From contig OZ365114.1 of the NCBI GenBank assembly GCA_977030845.1, positions 24,428,001-24,492,000 on the forward strand: a stretch of DNA of 64,000 nt, in the 5' to 3' direction. Below the pieces are notes generated by a model. It ran no database searches. It was given only the letters and a program-made list of their open reading frames with translations, and was not told where the DNA came from. The translations under genes and the position numbers were made by a program. Every line of letters begins with the position of its first letter. Within the stretch, counting starts at the first letter, position 1. Shown one piece after another: positions 38,487 to 52,733 of the stretch. This DNA comes from Fimbriosthenelais zetlandica (Eukaryota).

Positions 38487-41400
38487 GTAAGTATTGACCG
38501 TCTAGAATATATCACCAGAATTCTAAGATCCAGTTAGTAACTTAATATCGTCCCATAATTATATAAATATACAACTACATGCATCGTGGACATATGTAAC
38601 TTAATAAGACAGAATCTGAATAGTTTTCACGATTCAGGGTCAAATGTTTTATACAGAAAACCGACAGAATACTTCCTATACGAGCGCATTATAGATGGAA
38701 GTCAGCGATATGTTTCGAACAGAAAGGAAGAAACCATAGAACTCATAGTATATGCCTAGTGAGATATGTAGCGGAAACTCGGGTGAATATTTCAGGCAGT
38801 ATAAGCAGTGTAGCCTATGTCTACTATCAAATAATTAGCGTCTACATACAAGGGAATCAGTAAGACTATAAGAGACAATTTGCTGAATGTCTAGTGTATA
38901 ATATTATGTGCAAGCGACTTATTCTAGTGTTTCTAAAAGTAATGTAAACTGCCACTATAACCATAATTAATGTATAGGAGTGAGCACTACATTTCATGCA
39001 GCCATATTGTCATATAAGGCTCTCACCTAAAGACGCTGTGATATCTGCATCAATGTACACGTCTCGTCTGCATATGAAATATATATGAGATGGGCCCAGG
39101 TCGACATGATGGGACACAATCTACGTCAACACTTAGGAGAACGTATTACCATATATCATTTTCATTCTTTCTTATGATGAAATTTTACTCCGAATCAAGG
39201 GTAATTCCATAAAATATTCATTTGCTTTATTGCATTTCCTACATCTTTCTCTGTAGGTCCCTTTTGAATTGAGTGAAGTTTTCCATATAGCCAGCTGTAG
39301 GATACTATTCTTCAGAACAATATTACCAAGTAGACATATGAGTGGTTAAAGGACAACAAATAATGCTGGAGATGATGTATTACATGCCTGGAGATGAGCC
39401 CCTTAAAGGCTTGAAAGGTACATCACAGAGCTATCCCGCCACTAATTAGGCACATACAACTTAGAGTGGTATTTCTAATGAGAATTTTTACTCATGCGTC
39501 CAATTAACAGCCCCTCTAATGCATTTCTTATCACCAGCAAGGGCTGCTATAATCTAAGGATATTTTTATGCATTGTGCCTTAGTAAGTGATCGTCCATAA
39601 AAAGGGAGCGTAAAAATGGCCCTTATAAAGAGCCCTTGAGTAATGAATCTAATTAGATGAAATCGCTCTCTGGATAGACTTGTGTATCTATTTCTGTTTT
39701 CAATTGAAAATTGCCAAGAAAGACAAATGGATACCATGAAACATAATTATATATTTTTAATTAACAATTGGTATATATGCTCATTAGAACTTGGAGCCAG
39801 ATGGAAACTCATGCATTACCTCATACAATTAGAACCATGGTTTCTACCACAAATAAAAATATGTACAAATCAATACAAGTAATAAATGATAAGACTGATA
39901 TATTGCAGGTCTTTGTCCCGTTATATACACAGAGGGGAGAATTGAAAGTATATAGGTTAGGGGCATCCAGGCAGAAAATTGAGTATTCACCAGCCCATTC
40001 ATACCAGACACTATGTTACCCAATAGAAAATCCATCAGAAAGTAGATGAGAAGGCAGGCAACTACACCATTGCAACACCCACAAATTACCCCCAATGCCT
40101 TTCCCTTTGCCCTATAGCGATGAAGGCAAAACTTTGGCCTCAGATGATCCAAGTTTGTCCAGCACTTTGGTAAATGTGTCCCAAACCATTTTTCCCCCGA
40201 GCAGTACGTCCATGTAATATAGTCTTCCTCCCTTCCAGTATTATATCAGATAAGGGCCTGGCTGAGTAGAGGGGCTGAGGGATGATGGCATCCACTCTGT
40301 ATCAGTGCTAATGATATTTTATCATGTGCTGAAGATATGGCACAGACCATAGCTCGTGCAGGGATCAATAGAATAAGCCTTATGTAAGGAGGACAGATGC
40401 ATATAACAAGTTTGTGAAGACTATAGGGAGCTTGGCCTTTCCCCCATTGTATAGCCACACAAACGGATGCTTCTCCATCTGAAGATTTACTTCCGGGTCA
40501 TATGATTTGTAGATCTTGGTGTATATCAATAGAACTGATAATGTTACAAAGGACGTGATAAGTGGATGACCAAATTCAAGAAGTGATGAGCGATATTACA
40601 CTGTATCACCCTGATCCTTTTACCAACGATTCAGCCCAAGAATCGGGCTATAATGTGGTGTATTTGTTCTCTTTTTGGGGGAGGTTCATTAGTGGAGAAA
40701 GGCGTACATACACTCTGTTGTTTGTCTTAGTATTGAATATCCATATATATTGAGTTCCACTTAATGCTGCTGGAAGCAATTTCCTCATTCAAATCACTTG
40801 TAGATTGAATATAATATTACCAAGGGGGTAATAGTTGGTGCTAACTTGGATTGATTCACAACATGCGAATAGAATAGGGAGCCAAGATGAATGTGTCTGT
40901 ATGGGGCCTGTCTCGGTCCTAGCCACCTGCAAGGTCTATATGGTACAGCTTTTATAATACATACCCTATAAAGTGAGTGGTATTTAAGTTTTTGGAAAAT
41001 AGTAAAATCCAATATACTCTGTAAGCAATCCATGATATTTACCCTGTAGTGGGATAATGATGAAGCACTTGACAATAGATGACATCGATGTGCTGATAGG
41101 TTTCTCTTGGCATAGGTCTATACCCGGGGGTCTACACATGTAATACAGCCAGGTCTGGTGACTAAAGTTGACATGCATTTGGCTCAATCAAGAGGATAGC
41201 ATTTTGCAGAAAATCCATTTTCCATTTCTCATGTTCAGATGTTTGTAATTCTATACAGCTATACTTAGCTTAGCCCGGAGTTTGCCAGTATCTGGAGGGC
41301 TGAGAATGGGATAGGGCGCCCGAGCAGCTGGCCTATAGCTGGTCCACTGAAACTATTACAGTGTGGCACGACACCCGCTGATGAGACTCGTGTTACAGCT

Positions 41401-42575
41401 TCACTGAGTACAGCTGATCAATCTGTACAGACCTGAGTGCAGGTCTCCGTGAGCTCTCAACATAAATCACACACAAACACCCACAAACACAGAGGAGATA
41501 TGCATGTATGACCGTAGCATTTGTCCTTCAGGGGCCATACTGCATGTGGCTTCCAGGGTCATTGCCTCCCTTGCATTTGTCAATCAACGTAAGGCCATAA
41601 TAGGTTTTAAAGTGAATTGTGGGACAAATTCATCACCTATCGAGGCATTTGAAACCTTGCAATGGATTTCCAAGCAATTGTGTCCAATCACCATATATAT
41701 TCCCCCGTGAATCTACCAATTTAAGCAATTGTCTGGGGAAAACTTAGTTTTCAGATGTTATACATAGATCAAGTCCTGGGATGATCAGATTATGCTGGAG
41801 CCGTGGTTGCATATTATCTTTTTGAAGTCGTTGCATGTCCCATGCAGGCGCCAAAATCTGGGTTAGTCAGTTCGCATGATACCATTTGATAAAGGAATTA
41901 GTACTCGTCTTGGAATTTGAGACTGAAAGAGTGACAGCCATCTAATAAAATTGTCTCTAACATGCAGGTGCACGCATGTACTTCCTTTTCCATAATGTCT
42001 TATTTGCATCTAGTTGTCTATGGAATTCAGTAAATTTGTTTGCATCAGGGGAATAATCTTAATTGGAAAAACTCTTTGATCCAGACCTCAACAATAGAAA
42101 TAAGGTATTTATCAATCTAAAGTATGCATAAATTGTAAACGTAAAGTACCAATAGTGGGTAGTTCTACAATGCGGTGGAATTGAAAATGCCTTTAAGAAA
42201 GCATGCATTCAGTGTAGTCCTTTAAACAAACCGTTTATTTAACACCTGTCTTCGTCAATCCATAAAACAAATGGCTTCAGGTTTCATTAGTGGTGCTCAG
42301 AGTTACACATCCTCGTCCATGCCTGAACCAGAGAGGCGTATTAAGAAAGGAGAGGAAGACGGTGTAGGAAGTAGTATTAGAAAATGAACCAGAAACACGG
42401 GCGATAATTGCCTGGTAGTAGATGGAAATGGGTAGGTTCCCCAGGCGCTTTGTCAACGTACAAAATGTAACTCATGCAAAAATCTGTCCTGGTGACTTGC
42501 ATGCTGGTGTGGTCGCACGAATTCAAATTTACCTGCGTTCGCTTGGCATGATGTATGAAATTGAGGAAGAAATGC

Positions 42576-42600
42576 AAATGAGGTGAAATGGGGTGAAATG
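42576..42600. repeat. 10-bp tandem repeat, 2.5 copies
   Basis: AAATGAGGTG AAATGGGGTG AAATG. Confidence 0.7.
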
Positions 42601-45600
42601 TGTCAGAATTCTTGTTGTGGCAGCATTAACCAACCACAAAGACCCTTAAACAAGGCTGGTTGCTGTAAGGAAGATTTAAATTGGCTTCAGTGAAAGTAAA
42701 ATGTAACATTTTTGCGATAAGTCTCTCAGAGGGGAAAAGATAACTGGCACGTCCATTCAAACCAGGTTTTTACTTTACCAAGTATTGCCGCACTGGTCGG
42801 AGTCCAATGTGGTCTTAAAATTAGCAACTCTATGCATGGCATGAAAGTCAATTTGGTTGTCTCAAGTGACTGATTGGGCATTTTGAACCTGGAAAATAAA
42901 TCTTAATTATTCGATGCTTATTCCTGATTAATTCTGGGCATCATTACTGATTAGGCCTCGAAAAAGTGGCATAATATAATTGGAATTACAAATGAGGGAA
43001 CATTTCCAATTTAGAAACAATGCTTTCAAATGAATCCGATAATTTTTCATACATTTTCGTGTTGGGCCAAAGATTACAAGTTAAAATATGAAGAACAATC
43101 AAAAGCCTTAAGCAGTTAAAAATCTTCCTGAATTGTTTTAAGGCGCATTTCAAACGAAGTTTGGGAAAATGTGCAAATGTTAGATTGAAGTATTTTTAAA
43201 AGGTCGAAAGAACACGCTCTTAGTTCTGCTTGTTCTTTTAATTGCCTCGTGTTGCCTTTAGCCTGGAACACATCAAGATGACTCTATCTCATTAATAAAG
43301 CCTTTTACTCGAGCCAGTTCCACATAGAAAAAACAACCATCTAGCCAATATTGATAATTCTCCCTGTGATAACCAACACTTATACACTTCCTATATTTTC
43401 TTATTATTATTGGTCTTCTGTCTTAATGATTTGTTAATACATCTGTTAGGTTGACTATAAACCGGCTTAGTGCCTATATGGGATTTACCTGTCTAGCCTC
43501 AGATGAAAATCTGGAAGGAGGCAATCTCAAGGGAAGACTGAAGGAAATCAGGTGGCTGGACCATTTCCAGTAGAGTAGAAATCTCAAGGGGTACTCTGTT
43601 AATTACTTCCGTGTAATCCTGAGAACACTTGCCTGGGCTTGGGAATTTTCGTTCCCCTAATAGCGACGCTTGCAATGGGATAGATCCAAAATACCTCAGG
43701 CTTATAAGACCCTGTACTTGAGAGAATATGCACTGAGACGCCTAAAATAATCAGTAGGTTTTTTTTACTTCAGTAGATTTTAGGTATCTTGTACACATGT
43801 ATTTATGTATTATTGACCTTTTAGTGTCTATAATGCTATAATGTCTATTGCTGAGTAACACCAGGCCTGGTCTGCCCAGTCTATACTTCCTTTATAATTA
43901 TCTTGTTTAAATAAGCCCTGTTTGTTTAAGAGAATCAACTGAAACTCTCTCTACAAATTTTCCACAGAAGGGAACGTCCCTTGAGTAGGAGTTATAGGAT
44001 TTGACTTTATACTTCCTTTACATTCATTCCCTTCCGTCAACATCATCATGAATTAAACAAACAGACCTGCTCTTCTCATCCCTCCAGCTCCAATATTATA
44101 GAGATACCTTCTCCCTCGTCTATACAAACAGGCTCAAGATTGCCAAATGTAATCTAGATACCCGCAGGGATCTGGTCCACTCAGAAGGGCAAATTTACAT
44201 ACGTGGAGTTAATAGATGTTTCCCATGTTATCAAATCTTTGCAAAGGTTTCATGTAATCTGTGCCTGTTTACCTTCTTCTATCTTTAAATGCACACCCTT
44301 GAGGTGCACTGATTCACGGGAGACTCGTCCTCATGACTTTGAATTTGGAATGACTGTAATCAATGGCACAGGATGTTTAGTTTCTTGACTTGATCATTTA
44401 CGATATTCTTGAAACCCTATTCCATCTCATTCCATGTGCTCTCAGAAAATTAGATATTGTTCAGTTGGTATACAGTGTATAGTTTATTTATATACTACAT
44501 GTATTTATATATGTCCAAATATGGAGAGAAACACTTTCTGCGCCTTCCAGCCTCTTGCTTCTTAATCCGTAATATACTCGCTATATTATTAATTGATTTC
44601 TAGGCCCTATGTACTTAATGGGTGTTTGTTTTAATACGATTGCCTCTGGGGACGTGCATGTATATGGGTTGGGGAGCATAAGGGCTTGAAGTAGGGTTGC
44701 GTTATCCCTGTGGGTATAGGGCAGGAATGATGTGTGAGAGGAGGTTGGGGAGGTACTGGAATGAATCAATATAGTCCAGATACTCCACCAGATAGTGTAG
44801 CCGGATACCCACATTTCAACAGTTAAACCTAGCTTTTACATTTCTTAATATAACACACACTATAATTCATTTTCCAATATTTCATAGCAGTAAATTATCA
44901 CTTGATTTTTAAAGTAACAATCCGACAAGCCATGAATCATTCCGTGCCTCTTTCCCTTTCCCAGCACCCCCTGTTTATCATTAGAAGAAGCAGTAGCTGG
45001 TCATGTTATTAATTGCGGCTCCAGCTCCTCTGACTGGCATGCCACCCTATGGCTCATATCTTCCTGACCACTGAGCTACAAATTGGGGTCAATTAACTAC
45101 AATAAATGCCCCATAACAAGCCCCGAGTCTTTATAACTCTCCCACCCACATGTACCCATAAACCCCCGGATAGATCCAAAGTATTACCAGAGATTAAGAC
45201 ATTAAGTCTTAACAGCCTCTTTCTAGTGCCCTGGGGCATAAATATTCATATACTACGATAATATATTAATTCACTGAAAAAATGTTTCCATATTCAACTC
45301 AACATTTCTAAGTAAATCAGACATTGAGAGACATTCCGAACTTTCCACAATGTACCTCCATTGTCTTAGCTTTAAACACACCTAAGGATTTAAATATATA
45401 ACGTCCTGCCAAGACAAGCATGGCTAATCCCCTGAATAGTGGGCATGGTGGGAACCCAATGACAACCTAACATTATCATTCCCCATTAATGGCTATTACA
45501 GTAAGTGCCCAGGGAGCAAATTAACTCTCAATAAGACTCCTTTCTATGAGGTTAAGCATTATTTCATTTTCATCCGATTTTTTCATTGACACAACTCGAT

Positions 45601-48600
45601 GCCAAACAGATAGGTGTTTGGTGAGAATGAGTGTAAGCATTGTGGGTGATTTTAATAAGGCCATTGGCAGGGGAAAGCAGAGAGTTATTTAGTGAAGCCA
45701 GTTGCTGATGGGCCCACCCCTGAGACTCGCCTCCTATTCGATTATAAAGCTGTGAATGAATCAGCAGCCCTAGGCCCTGCCTGTAATGGCCAATGTAAAG
45801 CCTGCCCACCAGAATTACCTCCCTTTCTCACTTCTCCTGAATTATACTGAATTTACACCCTCTGAAACACATGATCTCCCACATAGAGCTTAAAACTCCC
45901 GACATAGAAACAGACTAAGCTACATTATATAGATGTTATAGCGTATTGTTCTGAGATATGAGCTCAGAAGGATTATCCTGCAAATGTACATGCATATTTA
46001 TGAGAAACTGATAATCCACGCCTGTAGGATAAGATCATCTGAAATTATATGAACTATTACTCTTAATTAAGAGGCTTAACACAGAAATCCTGCATAAAAT
46101 ACAGTAACCTAAAGGGTAATTTGGCAGCTACTCTAAGGACCTGAATTTGGAACAGGAAGACACAATTTATATATCAGCCTGGCCGACCCTTTATAGCCGG
46201 AAATGGGGCCGCCCTCTTATCCACTCAGATCCCCTTCCTTATTTGGCGAGCTGAGGCTGCCTGAATTTGGCGCACTTGGAGACTGGAGAGTGGGGGAAAG
46301 AAGCAAGCAGGGTCTGAGAAAAAAATCTACCAGTCAAATGGGGGAGAAGCCTGGTTGAAGGAGTTGAGAGATTACCTTGCTCTGGCAAACTTTGGAGCAA
46401 ACACCATTGACATTTGTGTAAAGGGATAGGCCTCAGCTAGGTTTGGGTGGGGTCTCTAATTCATTCATTCCAGGCACCACAACTCTTCTTAGACTGTCTC
46501 CAGTCTTGGCACATTAAATCTGATTAGTTTAATCTCCATTTGTATTCTTCCGCTGGCACCGTGGTCCTTTTTGCTCTTGAACCCTGCCGTTGGAACTTCA
46601 AAGCTTATTTCATGCAACCTCTCTCACACACACATCCCCCCTTAGAAAACAGACCCTGATCCGTGTATGAAAGCCCCAGCTTTCACGTATGCAATCTTTT
46701 AAGATTACAATGGTGGGATGTGAATAGCATTTAGAGTGCAGATCGCCATTGTTGTATCGGTTAAGGGCCCTCCTGCTTATAAGCAATCCTCAACCATTGT
46801 GAGGGGCTTCTTACTCAACAGTGAAAGCCAGGCGTTTGGATGAGGAGGGGCATTAATTTAATAAGCATGAATATTGCATCATAAAAGTTCAGTCATTTCA
46901 TTATTTATTGCCAACAAGGCAATATAATGTGTGAGAATGTAGGAGCGTTTACCAAATATGGGATGATTAATATCAATTGTTCTTGGAGACGCCTCCATGC
47001 ATCTAGCCTCAAGGATAATCCGCTTAACACTGCACAGCATAACAATTCTTATTTTATAATCACAAACTAACCCCCTCTAGTTTATCACAAACTTCCTCTG
47101 AAATCCATGGTGCTCATGTGATGTAAACATGTGTTTTAACTCATCAATTCCATCTAAATATAACCCACTGGTGGTGTTTTTCAACTGATTAACACATACT
47201 TGAGGCAAGGATATGCAATAATGCTACCGTCAAATGGTTCTGACTCCGTGTACTTTAGACCTAATGACGAGCTAACTCTCAACTTCTGGTGCAGCTTAAA
47301 GCACCAGCTTGTGGAAATGATGAATGAGTGAGTGGGTGAAAGGAGCTGTTGTCTCAGCCTGTCCATGAGACACACTCAGTGTTTTGTCCAGTGGCACCCT
47401 ACCTAACATAACAAGATCACCCAACACTAAAATAATACGAGCCTTTCTGCACACTTCCTGCCCTAAGACCTATTACTATGAACCACCCCCTAGCTCAACA
47501 GCAGACTCTTGGAATCCATCGATTAGCCTGCGCTTCCTCCAATTGGCACTCTGCCTTATTGGGGTCTTTTCTGGGATGACATCTGCTCCAATAATGATCC
47601 GGGCTTCTGTGTCATCCCAAACCACTGTCCTCAGACTAATTTAGCACAAGCATCCGAGCTGTTGTGTCTTATTAGTGAAACGGGACCTTGTTTAGCACGA
47701 AGTGCTGCTGTCAGAGTACCATTGTCGTGTTGCCAGCCACTCAGACTGATTGATGCCGCCTGGCCCTTGTAGGATGGCCCCCCTGTACCATTTGATGGCC
47801 CCACAGTGGCCAATGGGCCAGGCACAGCACCTATATAGGTACCTTAGCAATACTGACAAGACCAAGGTTATGACTGGTCCCTCTCGCCCCGTACTCTCTC
47901 TACACTATCTCCCGGCTCTCTAGGGCTTGAGGACCCGATGAATAATCAATCAGGAACAGTTCTAAGTGCTTGTGACAAGTCCCAAGAAAAATGCAGCATC
48001 ACCATAAGAAAGGTCATAGAAAACGTCACACCAAATATTGAGTGTTATGAAGAGACTTCAATATGCTCCCATCCTAAAAGTACCTAAGGCATGCCTTATA
48101 CGTTATAATTCCAATGCAGTTAAAGCGTCAAGGCAATGTCTAATATATTGAGGAATAACGCGGAGCTTTTGGGCTCCTAGCACAAAGTAAAATAGATTGT
48201 ATTCTGAGAGAACCGAGTGAGAATCCATGTCTGAGGTGAAGTCAACCCCGCGGTCATCAGATTTCTTTTCACGCACCCTCCGGTAGTTTAGTAGATGTAA
48301 GATTTTAACAATGCTATGGTTGTCTATGGAGTTGAGGTGGACTGCTTTGAGGCGACAGACTCCAGATGCTATACTTCATCTGAGATTTGTGCTGTTTATA
48401 TCATTTCCTCTTATATCATTTAATTGATTTTTCCTGTGTACAGGCAAGACTTCTGATGCAAGCTCTGTCGAAGCTGGAGATATTCTCTCAACCACTACGA
48501 CCCTGAGACTGCAGCCAAATGAACGTTGTGTATGAGTGAAAGTGATATTTATGATACTTCTTACTCAAGTATCATATAAGTCTGCAGGCGTAGATATCAT

Positions 48601-49045
48601 TTGCTATTCGTACAATAGGACGTCACATCTGAATCCAACATGGCGCCCTGTTTCAGTCAACAGGCTGTTGGAAATGGCGGGTCAGCTTTATCTCGTATTC
48701 TGGGGCACTGGGGCAATCGATCCATCTTATCATCCCACTATCTGTATGTATGGAACAGTGGGAAAAATTCCTACTAGTAACATTATAAATGAGATGATGA
48801 CGACACTGCTGTCATCAAATCCATTTCTTTGGTAATGTGATGGCCACACTGCAATTCTCCATTATTATATCAAGTTGAAAATCAAGACCGAATAAGGAAA
48901 GTTATTCTCAAGGTGTTGACATCTATGTTGCTGGTAAGAGCCAAAATTCAATTAGGTCGTAGACTCAGGAAACAGATCTACAAATTTGTTATGATATACC
49001 ATCTCCCTTATCACTTGCTAAGAAACAGGTTGCCTTAATTTAAAG

Positions 49046-49077
49046 ATAGATTTCTTAAGGGTATAGATTTCTTAAGG
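49046..49077. repeat. Two-copy duplication, period 17
   Basis: ATAGATTTCTTAAGG at 49046-49060 and 49063-49077. Confidence 0.85.
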
Positions 49078-52000
49078 AGCAGGTCTGTATCTAATTGGTA
49101 AGTAAGTGGATATCATATCTTAATGCTGACCTGATTTAGATCATGTTGATCTATCAGAGATCTGAATGCTGCCACCTCTCATCCCCTCCAGACCTTGATT
49201 TACATCAATTATTCTCCTCTACACCAAAGCAGGCCAACTAGAAGCTCCATGTACTGGAGCCAGGATCTTTACAGTTCCCGCTTACCAGTGCTGTCTGCAT
49301 GGCCCTTATTTCCCTGGGTCCCTTCCGCACAATCATGGCCAGAAAAATTCCAGATGAACCAGTTAATCAGGTTTGGCAAGCTTTCTTTATTGGCCTGTTG
49401 TTGCCCTTGGTCATCCAAACTGCCTGGGCAGTCCAGTCACGGAGGACGCTGTGAAGCTTTTCGTAGCTGGGCAAAGAACCAGGCATCCAACACAGCCTAC
49501 CTTATGGACTACATAACAACATTAGACACCCAATAACTATCTATTGATTTCCGTTAGTTTGGCTCTGGGTTAAGATTCCCTCTGCCGGACATGACACTGC
49601 CTGAGGGAAGGAGGCAATATGGTGTTCATTAGGAATGGGATACGTTATCAGCTGGTCCAGACATTTGAACAGACCCATGAAGGAGCACCATGAAAAAGAC
49701 TAACATATATATCGTCAAGACCTGTAGCAGCTGTAATGATGGCTTGTAGATGATGTAGAAATTCTTTCATATGCTTTGTACTATACAAACAGTTAATGTC
49801 AAGAACGCTATAAGCATTCACGTTATTTGTAAGATGTGACAAAAAGTTTGACCTTTATCTATCACACTACTAATTAACGATTATTTGAATGTGAAAAGAC
49901 TTGACCTACTTTCCTTACAGGCTCCTCTTATCATACACTACCATAATATATATGTTCATCCAAGTAGAGGCACGATGAACTGATATGACATCAAATAAAT
50001 AATTCATGGAATATATGAGGTGTCTTCATCAAGACAATGAGTGGATATTTGAGGGGATTGATTTTACATCCAAAAGCGCATAATGAACCCATTTATCTCT
50101 ATCGTATTCTGGAGTAATATCAGTCTAAAGGCCCTGTCTCCCTATCTCAGAGATAATTAGTCCTATCTCTTGTAACAAGGTCCTCTGTTCTGATCCATAA
50201 CCAACAAGACAGCTGCCAAGGTAAAAGCAAATCAGCCAGTTGACCTATGGATCTAAGATCTACTCTGTTGCTAATAGAGTAGCCAGAGGCAAGGAAAGTT
50301 CCCTTGGACAACGGTAGTTGTTATATAGCACCATTGTCTACAGCGTTTTTTGCCTTTGGGTATCTATTAGGGAGGGTATATATATGTACTTTAGTCCCCA
50401 AAGGGAAAAAATGGTGTTCATCCAGCCTAAACCATGGTTACCACAACGACTGTCTACTAATACACCAGGCAAAGCATCGCTTTGTAAATGGAGCTAAACA
50501 GAGGCAATCATGGCAGCCAGCATGAACTAAACAAGTCATCGAGGACTTCCTCACTCTGGCTTCCCTCCCCACCATGATGTCTGCCTCTTGATCTCTTATC
50601 TTTAACCTTCATTCGATATTTTATTCATTTGTTGTGGATGCTGGAAAATAAATGGGTCCTTGCGGGTAGGTCTAGACAGGGGAGATAGCTCCTGAATTAT
50701 TTCATCATGGCACGTCAATTTATTTTGTTAGCCATATATAGTGGCGGTGTCCTCTATCTGGCCTCTCTGCTGCCATTATCTCCTCCAATAGGGTAGCATT
50801 CTCTGTGCATTATACAAGGATTTTCTAGACTGAATGGTGTCTGGAACCATAATATAGTATGGCTTAATTTTGGTTGCTAGATCATCAATCTTATCCATTG
50901 GTTTGTATTGACTAGGTATTGGTTCCTTTCATAATGTTGTCAAAGGCAGTCCAATAGCCCAGTATATGACTAGATCAGCTCAATTAAGACAGCCTCACAT
51001 GCTATTGATTCACTGCCTTTAGGTGGCAACTTGTACAGAGCAATATCAGTTGAATATGCTACTATCCTTGTAGATTGCTCATAACAGAGCAATAAGAAAA
51101 AATGCAGTATTGTAATAAGAGCAATTGTCTCTCACTATGCCCTGACAAAAGGACCCCAGAAGCGATCCAACCATAAAAACGGGACATACCGAATGAATCC
51201 AAAATGAGAAATGAAAAGGACAAAATGAACAAATCCTTTGGTTCAATGAATCTCATTTGCTTTTGCGTGACCAAGTTGAAAGCAAGAGCGGGACCAATTC
51301 TGGAACCAGAATTTCTCCACATTCTCGAGTTTAATCAGGAACCATTATCATTTTTCACCCTGTCTTAATCCCACAACATCGTTGTCAGCCAATTTCCAAC
51401 TTGCTTTTCTTTTTGCCATTGAAAACTATTATGAAGGTTATTTAAAGTAACCACCTCTCAATTTGACCACGATTTCCAACTTTAAATCCTGCCCACGTTT
51501 TAGTCGTGTGAATAAAGCAGAGTTTTATTATTCTTCCTTTCCAATTATTTAACTCTTAATTAACTTTCTTCCATGTTTTATGACTTTTCATGGAGGCAAT
51601 AACACACAACCCTTGAGGGCTGAATTATGGTCGAGCGCTGGCGCCATATAACATCTTTTTGTAGGCTGCTGTGCAATTTTGCTCTGTTATTTCTGCTAGG
51701 CACAAAACAGATGACAATTTCCAGCCAGACTCACTGTGATATATGTGTGTTTATGTGCAGCATAGTTTGAATAAAGTACCTAAAGGATAGTCCTGAAGAC
51801 ATTTTCCAGGTGACATATTAGCAACACCATTTTTGTTCAAGGATTAATGAATTTTCCACTGTTCTATAGACAAGGACTTTGTTGGAAAATTGCTTCCATC
51901 TGATGTCAGCAATTTTAACCTTATTCTTTTTGGGATTGGATTTATATAATGTTTGTCCTGCAATTTACAAAATTATGGACTATACTTAAATATACTATAC

Positions 52001-52427
52001 TTGCATTTCCAAATCACACAAATACCAAAAGGAAAATATTGCAAGTAATGTGTCTCCAAATTGACAAGCCATAATTGTTTATGGCTCAGAGAACTGGGTT
52101 CATTCAGGTTTGGCGCTTGCCATCATATATATCCCCAGGACAAATGATGACTTTGCTCTATGCAACTCAGTGCCCTGCTTTCCTCTGATGTCATATTTAA
52201 ACATTCTTGTTCCCTGTCGGGCATGGATGTATTTAGCCCCAGCTTTCTCTGGCCTCGGGGATTCCTTGTCAATACCGACCTTACAGTTACTGATGGCATC
52301 CGATCCTGTATTACTAGAGAGATTGTGATTTCCCCGACTAAACTGACCTATGAGTGATTGAATGGGGCAGAGGGAGGCAGCCCTGAGGGACGCCCAAGGT
52401 CACGTCTAGGGTGAGCTCTGGTGTCAG

Positions 52428-52733
52428 CACGTGCCAAAGCTGTCCCACACCACACGTTGTAATGAGCACTGATAAGCCAGGCGGAAATAGGCCTTTTCCT
52501 ATTGGCTGAATAAGAGGCCTGTTCCTATTGGACAATTTCCAGTTTGTGTAAAGTCTTGCTGAAGCTTTAGCACATGGATGATGACGTGGGTGAGAGAGAT
52601 GAAGGGTAAGCTATGCAGGAAATGACATATAAATGCTGGTGATTGTGTGGAAGCTGTGAAGAGGAACTTGCCATGGATTGAGACTTCCTTGAAAAACCAT
52701 TGGATCGGCTTCGCCAATTTCACACATTATTGG
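52428..52733. promoter_or_regulatory. Promoter- or LTR-like motif cluster
   Basis: E-box CACGTG at 52428, five CCAAT/ATTGG motifs (52501, 52527, 52699, 52714, 52729), TGACGT at 52582, donor-like AGG|GTAAGC at 52606 and TATAAA at 52628. Confidence 0.3.
52489..52531. repeat. Two-copy duplication, period 26, each copy carrying a reverse CCAAT box
   Basis: AGGCCT(T/G)TTCCTATTGG at 52489-52505 and 52515-52531. Confidence 0.85.

Noticed and set aside
38112-38537. Longest tracked ORF (141 aa, TTG start)
   Set aside because: It runs through AT-rich intron-like sequence and splice signals, and has no protein-like composition or domain.
39346-42225. TTAAAGGACAACA ... TGTAGTCCTTTAA, a possible 2.9-kb Kolobok-type element
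   Set aside because: Only 12/13 inverted identity including the TTAA, with no extension and no transposase inside.
44666-44696. GGG-TT-GGGG-AGCATAA-GGG-CTTGAAGTA-GGG, a potential G-quadruplex
   Set aside because: Long loops and a single instance. This is expected background.
48444-48529. Acceptor plus phase-1 frame GKTSDASSVEAGDILSTTTTLRLQPNERC (vaguely Ig-strand-like)
   Set aside because: Weak donor (TGT|GTATGA), another frame looks equally protein-like, and no Ig Cys/Trp anchors are present.
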